Source: Candidatus Heimdallarchaeota archaeon B3_Heim | GTDB taxonomy: Archaea > Asgardarchaeota > Heimdallarchaeia > Hodarchaeales > Hodarchaeaceae | Assembly: GCA_003144275.1 (NCBI GenBank) | Contig: NJBF01000010.1 | Coordinates: 27,861-91,860 of the forward strand | Direction: 5' to 3' | DNA: 64,000 nt | Shown here: one piece after another, positions 55,982-64,000 of the stretch | Layout of the letters: each line of letters opens with the position of its first letter | How positions within the stretch are numbered: position 1 is the stretch's first letter | Program-made: the position numbers and the translations under genes | The notes under the pieces: generated by a model | Databases searched by the model: none | Seen by the model: the letters and a program-made list of their open reading frames with translations, nothing else | Told to the model about the DNA's origin: nothing

Positions 55982-56878
55982 TTATTCTTGAGTCTTGACT
56001 TCAAATCCCAAAACTGGCGAATCTAAATATTTTTGATTATAATCAGTAATTCTCATATTGATTAGCTGTAAAAATATTCGATTTCTATTATTTGCAACAA
56101 GTGAAAAAACCGCCAATGTCCCAGAATCTAACGATTCATGAAAGTATTCCGATTTTTCCACAAAATCTTGCGTATGACTCGTGGATGCGTTGTAAATTTT
56201 GACTTTGTAAGTAACTCGGAAGAATTGAGGGTGAGGCATTTTTAAGACGAGTTTTAACAGGAAAGGTTCGTCCAGATGGGCATGCGATGGGCCCTCTAAT
56301 GATAACGTAATATCTTTCCACGATACTGTGTTTTCGGCTGTTAATTCTGGTAATATTTCCGGTATCTCGAATAGTTCTCGTGTGAGTTGCTCATGAACAG
56401 AAAGAAAGTCAAATTCTTCATTAAATAGATAATCAACGGTATATGGATGAGATGTGTAAGAATCTACTCTGTAGATATTGAAACCTGGTGATTGAGAGTT
56501 AATCTTAGTTGGATCTAATACAAGTCCAAAGGATTGGGAATGCATACTCTGATATGTTCGCTGGGTTTCTATATCTGTACCTGAAAAAAACAAGCCTAAT
56601 CCAGGATGAGTGTGAGCCCAACCTACGATTACCTCTCCTTGGTCAATTCGTTCAAAAGAAATTAAAGAAAAAACCTTTTCATAATCACTTATATCTACAA
56701 AGACAGATGAACCGGCACCAATGGGGATAATATCAGTTACAATTATCGATTCATCGTTAATTCGACCCAAGATTAATCCAATACATTCTCTCCAATAACG
56801 TGACCTTTCTAGAGGATTAGCATTCTCGAGTGCGAACTTTAGAAATTTTTTGTAGACTTCCTTTGGAATTTGGATCAT
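55982..56878 (-). CDS. JAB1/MPN/Mov34 (JAMM) metalloprotease-domain protein with a C-terminal extension
   Basis: JAMM motif E...HTHPGLGLFFSGTD (HxHx7Sx2D) at aa ~85-105, preceded by a conserved Glu. A ~150-aa C-terminal domain follows. Confidence 0.75.
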   Translation of the reverse strand: MIQIPKEVYKKFLKFALENANPLERSRYWRECIGLILGRINDESIIVTDIIPIGAGSSVFVDISDYEKVFSLISFERIDQGEVIVGWAHTHPGLGLFFSGTDIETQRTYQSMHSQSFGLVLDPTKINSQSPGFNIYRVDSYTSHPYTVDYLFNEEFDFLSVHEQLTRELFEIPEILPELTAENTVSWKDITLSLEGPSHAHLDEPFLLKLVLKMPHPQFFRVTYKVKIYNASTSHTQDFVEKSEYFHESLDSGTLAVFSLVANNRNRIFLQLINMRITDYNQKYLDSPVLGFEVKTQE

Positions 56879-56893
56879 ATAGGCATCCCAATG

Positions 56894-57673
56894 CTAGGAA
56901 AGAATTTTAATTGCGTGAATAAGGATTCCAGAGTAAACAATTGAACGAAATTTAGGCCGCATTATATGTTTTTTTGGGTTAACATTGAAATCTCTACGAG
57001 TAATCTCAAATACTTGCTGTAATTCAAAAGCCGAATTTTGATTGATTTTCTCAACAGTTTGTTCTACTTGTCCCCAATTAGGTACAAAGCAGATTAAATG
57101 CCCACCACCAATTAAAGTTGGAGCAATGGAATCAATTGCCTCGAAAGGGGTTGAAAAATCTAAAAAAAATGCATCAAGAAGTGGAACATTAAAAGATTCA
57201 CGTATATCTTGAACTTGGAATGTAATGTTGTTTTGCAATCCAGTCATTTGGATATTTTGCTCTGCGTTGCGTAGATGCTTCTCGTTTACATCAAAAGAGT
57301 ATACATGTCCATCAGGAGCTACTGCCCAAGCAAGAAATGTAGTTAAGGCCCCCGATCCAGTACCTGCTTCCCCAACGTTCATACCATTCCCTACTCCTGC
57401 TACGCTACAAGCTACAGCACAATCGTCCGCATACAATATTTGTGTTTTTAAGGTAAAAGAACGGAGGAAGTCTCTAGGTGAAGGTTTCAACAGCACTATT
57501 TGCCCCTTCGTTACTGAAATCACCTGTCCATATTTCAATCCGATAATCTTGTCATGATCTATTCGGCCAAGATGGGTTGATTTTTCTCCCTCGTTCTCTA
57601 GCCTGAAGATCCAAGATTTAGGTTTCCTCTCTGTGATTTCAACTGCTCTGACAATACACCCTTCTTTGAGCAT
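56894..57673 (-). CDS. trmI: tRNA (adenine-N1)-methyltransferase TrmI/Gcd14-like
   Basis: N-terminal beta-barrel region plus class-I MTase motif I VGEAGTGSGALTTFLAWAVAPDGHVYSFDVNE, as in TrmI. 15 bp upstream of the JAMM gene on the same strand. Confidence 0.65.
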   Translation of the reverse strand: MLKEGCIVRAVEITERKPKSWIFRLENEGEKSTHLGRIDHDKIIGLKYGQVISVTKGQIVLLKPSPRDFLRSFTLKTQILYADDCAVACSVAGVGNGMNVGEAGTGSGALTTFLAWAVAPDGHVYSFDVNEKHLRNAEQNIQMTGLQNNITFQVQDIRESFNVPLLDAFFLDFSTPFEAIDSIAPTLIGGGHLICFVPNWGQVEQTVEKINQNSAFELQQVFEITRRDFNVNPKKHIMRPKFRSIVYSGILIHAIKILS

Positions 57674-57682
57674 TTTATCCTC

Positions 57683-58069
57683 TCATGCTAAATTGGTAAA
57701 AATTGTGGGAGGTGATTTAAGATTGATAATTGGAATAAATCGAATTAAACCAGTGTGGGCGTTTTCTAAGTCTTGCTCTTTTAGAAATTGAAGAAATGTA
57801 ATTTGGTTAACAGATTTTTGTAAATCATATCGGACTAATGATTGCCCTTCTTCTTCAAGCTCGGACTCTGTAGTAATAAAAAAGAGTACAGGTAATGCTC
57901 GGTAATCGAAATATCCAGGAAAAATAGCAAAAGAACTGTAAAAATATTTTTCTCCCTCTATCTTCCATTTAAAAATGGTAGAAGGTCTATCTGGACTAGA
58001 ACTTGTAATTAAGCGTACAAGATCTACAAAGCTCGATAATTCAATTCCATAGGCACTCGGTAATTCCAT
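57683..58069 (-). CDS. hypothetical small protein (possible roadblock/longin-like)
   Basis: 128 aa, alpha/beta. No motif recognised. Confidence 0.3.
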   Translation of the reverse strand: MELPSAYGIELSSFVDLVRLITSSSPDRPSTIFKWKIEGEKYFYSSFAIFPGYFDYRALPVLFFITTESELEEEGQSLVRYDLQKSVNQITFLQFLKEQDLENAHTGLIRFIPIINLKSPPTIFTNLA

Positions 58070-58083
58070 TAATCTAACCCTCT

Positions 58084-58851
58084 CTAAGTGGTCCTCTTCA
58101 GCCCAAAGAAGTTAAGCAATTGCTCTATCTCTTCCTCTGAGTCAACAATTCGTTTGTTGAATCCACGTCGATATTCTTTCTCATTTAAAGTATCAATCAT
58201 TATACTTACATTTCTTTTTCGAACAGGTGATAAATGCTGATCATATAAAACGAAAAGAGTTTTCTTCTCGAGATCAGCAACGACGTAGGCATCCGATGGG
58301 ATCATAACTGGGTCTATATGTTCTATCAATTTGTCTTTAGATACACGATAGATTCGTATAGGATTTGTACTAATTAAAGCAGTTAAGCGGGAATCTATTT
58401 CTTTCATTTTATCTTGAATAAAGTCCTCCTCTGTCTTGAATATATCAGGAGTAACATTCGATAGATATGAGAGAATAAGACCATGTGCATGTGATATAAT
58501 ACGTTTAAGCTGTCTCTTGAAAATAACACAGATAACTGAAGGCCTCTTATTCAGACGAGGATCTATTGTAAACATTGCATTAACAAAGAATGCATAAGCT
58601 AAACAAAGAAATTCTTCATTTGAAGGAACAGGTAATGGTCCAAAGATATCTCCGCTAATTTCTTCCCCGATTAGTGTCATTATACGGATTGACAGATTGA
58701 AGGCTTGATCTTCTGACACATGTTTTTCAGCGGAGTTGAAGATCACTTGAGGTCCTGCATCGGTGAAAATGCTTATTATTATTCCGACTACTGGACTCTC
58801 TGTTTTTACGGTCATCTTGAATCGCCGTTGATTAAATATTAGGATTCTCAC
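58084..58851 (-). CDS. hypothetical protein with an N-terminal longin/roadblock-like domain
   Basis: VVGIIISIFTDAGPQVIFN...LSIRIMTLIGEEI...FLCLAYAFFVN...SVICVIFK is a beta-beta-alpha-beta-beta pattern typical of longin/roadblock folds. Weak. Confidence 0.3.
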   Translation of the reverse strand: MRILIFNQRRFKMTVKTESPVVGIIISIFTDAGPQVIFNSAEKHVSEDQAFNLSIRIMTLIGEEISGDIFGPLPVPSNEEFLCLAYAFFVNAMFTIDPRLNKRPSVICVIFKRQLKRIISHAHGLILSYLSNVTPDIFKTEEDFIQDKMKEIDSRLTALISTNPIRIYRVSKDKLIEHIDPVMIPSDAYVVADLEKKTLFVLYDQHLSPVRKRNVSIMIDTLNEKEYRRGFNKRIVDSEEEIEQLLNFFGLKRTT

Positions 58852-58903
58852 TTAAAAATACAGCTAGACAATATCCTCAATCATCAGATTCAATTTTTAT
58901 ATG

Positions 58904-59983
58904 CTAAGGAATTACGTTTGTTTGGGTTGCCAGAGTCTTTGCTGCTTTTTTTGATAATCCTGTTTCGCCTAGAATCGTATAAATTGAATCCACTTTATGA
59001 GCCTTTCGTAATGCGCTTATGATTGATTCTGAATCTACTTCTTCTTCTAAATCATCTATGTTTGTAGGACAACCCGCTGATTCTAATATTTTTATTATTT
59101 GTTCATAATCTTGACCCTGTAATTTTGCCATTAGAATTGTCCCAAGGGCGACTCGCTCTCCATGAAGAATATCAATTCCTGTTGTTTCTGAATGTAAAGC
59201 TTGAGAAAATAAATGTTCTGAACCATACCCTACTCTTATATCATTAGAAGTTCCCATAAGGACTCCTGCGATAAGTAAAGCTTTCAATACCACTTTTATT
59301 GCATGTTCTTGATCTAATAATGCTTCTGAAACTTGATGTTGAAATAAGGAATCTGCACTTTGTAAAACTCCCCCAACAAATCTTGAGAATTTGACAGATT
59401 TTATCCTATGAGCATACCTCCAATCCCAGATAGCAGTCATTTTTCCAACGGTGTCACCAACCCCTGCCGCTAAATATCTAGGTAAGTCAGGATGTTGGAT
59501 AATTTTATCAATATCTGCAACGATAGCAACTGGAGGCCGACTTTCTCCGATATATGTCTCTGTAGGATCATTTAAAAAGATAAAAGGAGAAGCTATTCCA
59601 TCATGAGAGGTTGTGGTAGGTACAGAGATCAATTCTGTCTTTTGGTTGGCCTTAAATGAACAATATTTTCCAACATCAATTACTTTTCCTCCTCCCGCAC
59701 AAATCATGATATTAGATCCAGTATCTTTCACTCTATCTTGATAGGTTATGGCCGCTTCAAGGGAAGCCTCTTCCACAATCAAGGTGTCAAAGGGGATATC
59801 TTTATCTTCTAAAATTGCATAGACTTCCTCCCCTACAATCTGACGTGTTTTGGTACCTGAAAGAACCATCACTTTAGGTTTGAATCTCAAAGAATCAATT
59901 ATTTGCGGGATTTTATCAAGAATCGAATTACCAATAATGATAGATCTTGGTACGATCGATTCTAGAATCTCTGATCCCGGCAT
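58904..59983 (-). CDS. egsA: glycerol-1-phosphate dehydrogenase [NAD(P)+] (archaeal lipid backbone synthesis)
   Basis: Fe-ADH/DHQS-like fold: MVLSGTKT...GGGKVIDVGK (Gly-rich NAD-binding), ...PTTTSHDGIASP..., conserved His/Asp metal ligands. 359 aa. Confidence 0.7.
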   Translation of the reverse strand: MPGSEILESIVPRSIIIGNSILDKIPQIIDSLRFKPKVMVLSGTKTRQIVGEEVYAILEDKDIPFDTLIVEEASLEAAITYQDRVKDTGSNIMICAGGGKVIDVGKYCSFKANQKTELISVPTTTSHDGIASPFIFLNDPTETYIGESRPPVAIVADIDKIIQHPDLPRYLAAGVGDTVGKMTAIWDWRYAHRIKSVKFSRFVGGVLQSADSLFQHQVSEALLDQEHAIKVVLKALLIAGVLMGTSNDIRVGYGSEHLFSQALHSETTGIDILHGERVALGTILMAKLQGQDYEQIIKILESAGCPTNIDDLEEEVDSESIISALRKAHKVDSIYTILGETGLSKKAAKTLATQTNVIP

Positions 59984-60501
59984 TGTGAATCTATCCCTTA
60001 ATCTTACCTTTATAAGATTAATGACGCAATCCTTAAAAACTCCTGTGTGCGGGGGAGAGAACAGAGGAATTTAAAGCGAAGAATCACATTTCTCTTCGGG
60101 GAATTATGCTAAATCTTGTAATGGTTTCTTGTATCCATTCTAATATCTCCTAAATTTGTATCTTACTTATAAGGTATTAAATTAATACTGGATCGGATTA
60201 TACTCTTCAATTATAATATTGAGCAAAAAAAGAAAATATATAATTCCCTTTTCCCTTATTATATTAAGGCTCCCCCAATCATTCAGAATATTACCAAAAA
60301 ATATGAGGACAGGAATAATTTAACCCTCTTATGCTAAGAAATTTAATTTCTAAATTATCAACCAAACTTAGAAATTTAGATATGTTACTTGTAGCAGGCT
60401 GAATCTTTATTCAAGAGTGGATAATTAAATTAATCTTTACAGTATTGGGCAAAACTACGGATAAAAACCGCAAAGAAACAATTTAAAGGATAGAAACATG
60501 A

Positions 60502-62430
60502 ATGGACAATAAACATCCCATGTACAGTCGCGAATTAGCCATTGATCATTTAAAAGCTGATTTGATTAATGCTCTTCCCCCAAATGCACAGATATCTAAT
60601 GTTGAATTCGAAGGACCATTTGTTGTACTCTATTCTTTGAATCCGACAGTACTTATGGAAAATGGGGATGTCGTCAAAAGCTTAGCTAAGACTCTTCGTA
60701 AACGTATAGTTATACGTTCTGATGTGTCTGTAAGAAGAGAAAAGGAAGAGGCTAAGGCCAGAATCCGTGAAATTGTACCAGAAAATGCTGAAATAACAAA
60801 CATTATCTTTGATGATGAATTGGGAGAAGTTGTAATTGAGGCAAAGAAACCAGGCGCTGTAATTGGGAGAAGTGGAACAACTCTTCGTGAAATTGCCAGA
60901 GAGATATCTTGGAGACCTAAAGTGGTTAGATCTCCTCCTATTCAATCACAACTTATTAATACTATTCGCTACACTCTCACTAAGGATTCAGATAAACGTA
61001 AAAATGCTTTACTTAATATTGGTAAACGTATACATCGCCCACGAGTAATTAGAGATAATTTTATCCGTTTAACAGGTTTAGGAGGTTTCTCAGAAGTAGG
61101 ACGATCGTGTATGCTCTTGGAAACAGCAGAAACAAAAATTTTAATTGATACTGGTTTAAATGTGGGTGCTCGGGATCCCGGAGAAATGTTTCCTTATTTC
61201 AGTGCACCTGAATTCGACATAGCTCAATTGGATGCTGTTGTTATAACACATGCACATCTAGATCACAGTGGATTGGTTCCGTACCTGTATAAATGGGGAT
61301 ATCGTGGGCCTGTTTATGTGAATGATGCAACACTCTCCTTAATGACTCTCTTACAAAAGGATTACATAGAAGTGGCTGAAAGAGAGAATAAACTTGTTCC
61401 ATATAGTCAGAAAAACATAAGGGACATGATTCTACACACAATAACAAGAAGATATGGAGAAGTAACGGATCTTAGTGATGATGTTAGATTAACAATGACA
61501 CCTGCAGGGCATATTTTGGGATCGTCCATCTTACATCTTCATATCGGGGATGGGAAGTATAATCTTGCAGTTGCGAATGACTTCAAAGGAAAACGGTCAC
61601 GATTACTAGACCGTGCAAATACTCGATTTCCACGATTAGAGACAATAATTATGGAATCAACTTATGGAGGGCCTCGTGATGTTATGCCTCGAAGAGAAGA
61701 TGCGGAAATACAGCTCGTAAAAATAATTAATCAAACAATAAGGCGTGGTGGCAAGGTTCTTATTCCAACCTTAGCTGTAGGGAGAGCACAAGAACTCATG
61801 ATTGTATTAGCTCATTATTATAAACGTAGACAGCTAGTAAAGGTTCCTATTTATTTGGATGGACTTATTGCGGAAGCAGTAGCTATCCATTCATGTCATC
61901 CTGAATATTTATCTTCTTATTTACAAGACCAGATATTCAATGAGGGTCAAAATCCCTTCCTTGCAGAAATTTTCCATCCTGTAAAACAAAACGAAAGAAC
62001 TGGACTCCTACGAGGTGAACCTGCCGTAATTTTAGCCACTTCTGGGATGTTAACAGGAGGAAATTCAGTAGATTATTTCAAAAGGATGGCTGAAGATGCA
62101 CGAAACTCCATAGTGTTTGTCAGTTATCAAGCTGAAGGAACACTGGGTCGACGTATTGCCTCTGGAGTGAAAGAAATTCGTAGCATTGAAGATGGAAGGA
62201 TGAAGATGATGAGAGTTAATATGGATATCCACCAAATTGATGGTTTTAGTGGTCATTCAGACAGAGGAGAAATTATGAATTTCTTCCGTGAATTGAATCC
62301 TAAACCAGAACAAGTAATATTGATGCATGGTCTTAGAAATAAATCCCAATCATTGGCTCAATCTCTTTCTAAACGGTATCATGTCAAGGTTAAGGTACCT
62401 TATAATCTTGAAACTTTACGATTCAAATAG
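60502..62430 (+). CDS. archaeal CPSF1/FttA (KH domains + MBL + beta-CASP RNase)
   Basis: Two N-terminal KH-like domains, then HAHLDHSG (MBL motif 2), beta-CASP motifs and C-terminal H, ~640 aa. Confidence 0.85.
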   Translation: MDNKHPMYSRELAIDHLKADLINALPPNAQISNVEFEGPFVVLYSLNPTVLMENGDVVKSLAKTLRKRIVIRSDVSVRREKEEAKARIREIVPENAEITNIIFDDELGEVVIEAKKPGAVIGRSGTTLREIAREISWRPKVVRSPPIQSQLINTIRYTLTKDSDKRKNALLNIGKRIHRPRVIRDNFIRLTGLGGFSEVGRSCMLLETAETKILIDTGLNVGARDPGEMFPYFSAPEFDIAQLDAVVITHAHLDHSGLVPYLYKWGYRGPVYVNDATLSLMTLLQKDYIEVAERENKLVPYSQKNIRDMILHTITRRYGEVTDLSDDVRLTMTPAGHILGSSILHLHIGDGKYNLAVANDFKGKRSRLLDRANTRFPRLETIIMESTYGGPRDVMPRREDAEIQLVKIINQTIRRGGKVLIPTLAVGRAQELMIVLAHYYKRRQLVKVPIYLDGLIAEAVAIHSCHPEYLSSYLQDQIFNEGQNPFLAEIFHPVKQNERTGLLRGEPAVILATSGMLTGGNSVDYFKRMAEDARNSIVFVSYQAEGTLGRRIASGVKEIRSIEDGRMKMMRVNMDIHQIDGFSGHSDRGEIMNFFRELNPKPEQVILMHGLRNKSQSLAQSLSKRYHVKVKVPYNLETLRFK

Positions 62431-62446
62431 TTTGAAACATTAGAGA

Positions 62447-62935
62447 GTGAAAATGTCATTTAGAAAAGAATTAGGGTCGAAACAAAGGAAAGACATCATT
62501 TCTGCGATCATAGCACCTGGAATTTCACCAAACGTGTTGAAGAATAATGTTCAGTTTGTTCTGCGTGATGAGAAGAAATTAATGAACTATTTATTCGACA
62601 AAGAACAGCAAATTTCTTTTTTTTCTTTTGAAAATATGTATCTACCCACCTTGAAATTTGTTCGTAAGCATGCAGAACTTGACTTCCCTTCTGTACAGGT
62701 CGATGAAGGTGCTGTGAAATTTGTGATTAATGGTGCGGATATATTTTCTCAAGGAATTGTGAAATTTAACAAAGATTTTTCTGAAAATACCATTGTTACA
62801 ATCATCAATCCACAGGATTCTGTATTAAGTATAGGAAAATGCCTGTTTTCTTCTAGAGATCTTTTAACCGCGAAAGGAAAGAGCATTATCAATCTCCATT
62901 ATCTAGGAGATAAAATTTGGGAAGAAGACGTATGA
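62447..62935 (+). CDS. PUA-domain protein
   Basis: C-terminal GAVKFVINGADIFSQGIV...VTIINPQDSVLSIGKCLFSSRDL is PUA-like. 162 aa. Downstream of aCPSF1. Confidence 0.55.
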   Translation: MKMSFRKELGSKQRKDIISAIIAPGISPNVLKNNVQFVLRDEKKLMNYLFDKEQQISFFSFENMYLPTLKFVRKHAELDFPSVQVDEGAVKFVINGADIFSQGIVKFNKDFSENTIVTIINPQDSVLSIGKCLFSSRDLLTAKGKSIINLHYLGDKIWEEDV

Positions 62936-63053
62936 GAATGTTCGGTAGTTAATGAAAAAATGACTAACATTTTCTAATAACAGATAAATAATCTCAATAT
63001 TTCTCTCGACGCGGATTACTTTCTCAATGATTTGACGGAAAGGTCGTATTTAC

Positions 63054-63443
63054 ATGTCTTACAAGGTTTTACCAGAGTTAAAATATTTACCAGAGCATGA
63101 TTGGGCAAAGCGTGACGGAGAATACGTGTTAGTAGGAGTAACAGATTTTGCTCAAAAAACACTTAAAGATTTAGTCTATATTGAACTACCTGAAGTAGGA
63201 GAGACATTTAATTTCAAAGATGTAATAGGGTCGATTGAAAGTGTAAAAGCTGTCTCTGATTTAGTCTGTCCAATAAGTGGTGAAATAATTGAGATTAATG
63301 AAGCAGTGGTAGATGCTCCCGAAAAGGTTAATCAAGATCCATATTCAGAATGGCTTGTAAAAATAAAACCATCGGATCTGGAAACTGATTGGAGTAAATT
63401 GATGACCCCCGAAGAATATACCATCCAAATTTCTGAAGATTGA
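63054..63443 (+). CDS. gcvH: glycine cleavage system H protein
   Basis: Lipoyl-lysine motif ESVKAVSDL and overall GcvH pattern (VGVTDFAQ...), 129 aa. Confidence 0.85.
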   Translation: MSYKVLPELKYLPEHDWAKRDGEYVLVGVTDFAQKTLKDLVYIELPEVGETFNFKDVIGSIESVKAVSDLVCPISGEIIEINEAVVDAPEKVNQDPYSEWLVKIKPSDLETDWSKLMTPEEYTIQISED

Positions 63444-63512
63444 ATGAACAATCCCTCTACATTCTGTATTATTAGATGAATTCTCTTGGTTATCCCCAGA
63501 ACAAATATTTAT

Positions 63513-64000
63513 TTCATTGGAATGGGACTTTGTGGACTAAAGAGCTGCTCATTGCAAGCTCTTAAAATCCTCAAAATAGCGGATATTATTTTTGTGGAAA
63601 CATACACAAATTTCATCTCTGAAGGTAAACCTGAATTTTGGAACGAAATAAAACAAAAATTAGAACCACTATCAAGAAAGGATTTAGAGGAAAACGACCA
63701 TCTATTCTTAGAAAAAATAGAGGGAAAAATAATTGCCCTTCTCATACCTGGAGATCCGTTCATCGCAACAACTCACAATTCTATACGGATTGCTGCCACC
63801 AAAAAAGGCTACAAATGCAGGTTAATTCATAATTCCTCAATAATTTCAGCTGCTTCGTCTATTTCTGGACTATCCTCGTACAGTTTTGGTCGAACTGTAA
63901 CCTGTCCCTTTCGAAATAATAAAAGTGAGTTTCCTTACAGGATAATACAACAGAATAAATCTATTAATGCTCACACATTAGTTCTTCTTGATATAAATTT
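63513..64000 (+). CDS. dph5: diphthine synthase (Dph5), 3'-truncated by the window end; start codon uncertain
   Basis: My translation of the frame gives ...YFIGMGLCGLKSCSLQALKILKIADIIFVETYTNF...PGDPFIATTHNSIRIAA...GLSSYSFGRTV...HTLVLLDIN, matching the Dph5/tetrapyrrole-methylase-fold signatures. This ORF is absent from the supplied track because it has no stop within the window. Confidence 0.7.

Noticed and set aside
60080-60500. AT-rich 420-bp spacer upstream of aCPSF1 with short palindromes (AGAAATTTAATTTCT), considered as a possible mobile-element end or origin.
   Set aside because: No terminal inverted repeats or flanking direct repeats, and no transposase or integrase nearby. Composition is typical of archaeal promoter regions in an AT-rich genome.
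49216-63443. gcvT, glyA and gcvH as a glycine-cleavage operon.
   Set aside because: The genes are dispersed (49.2, 50.5 and 63.0 kb), on different strands, and separated by unrelated genes, so they do not form a single operon. They are annotated individually.

Overview
This window is a low-GC (roughly one-third G+C by eye) archaeal chromosomal segment. The archaeal hallmarks are TFB, RNA polymerase subunit N, ribosomal protein uS2, RadA, aCPSF1/FttA, glycerol-1-phosphate dehydrogenase, diphthine synthase, PGF-CTERM surface proteins and an intron-containing tRNA. The gene content points to an Asgard (Lokiarchaeota-like) archaeon. The first 9 kb carry a eukaryote-like ESCRT locus: a Rab-like small GTPase with an N-terminal roadblock/longin-like extension, a UEV-domain Vps23/TSG101-like gene, a Vps28-like gene, an EAP30/Vps22-like gene, two Snf7-family ESCRT-III paralogues, Vps4 (MIT + AAA) and two uncharacterised neighbours. 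Further small-GTPase-like and longin/roadblock-like genes are scattered through the window, and there is a JAMM/MPN deubiquitinase-like gene. The finding I rank highest is an hgcA-hgcB-like pair at 32.9-34.8 kb. The HgcA-like corrinoid/transmembrane protein is fused to an N-terminal class-I SAM methyltransferase domain and carries a variant cap-helix motif (NVWCAAGG instead of NVWCAAGK). It is followed by a 2x[4Fe-4S] ferredoxin ending in a Cys-Cys pair. Other loci worth a second look: (1) a 1865-aa giant protein with a triplicated N-terminal domain, a long helical solenoid and an acidic disordered tail with repeated [ST]LF peptide motifs; (2) a Ycf46-like AAA ATPase in an apparent operon with two small conserved-unknown proteins, next to a 1-kb non-coding stretch holding a perfect palindrome and a small RHH-like ORF; (3) two PGF-CTERM S-layer-like glycoprotein candidates, one interrupted by an in-frame TAA; (4) an L-lactate/malate dehydrogenase with an inserted CxxCxxCxxC cluster; (5) a lone V/A-ATPase subunit-E-like gene. 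Everything here comes from reading the sequence and translated ORFs. No database search was run, so family assignments are motif- and architecture-based and carry the stated confidence.
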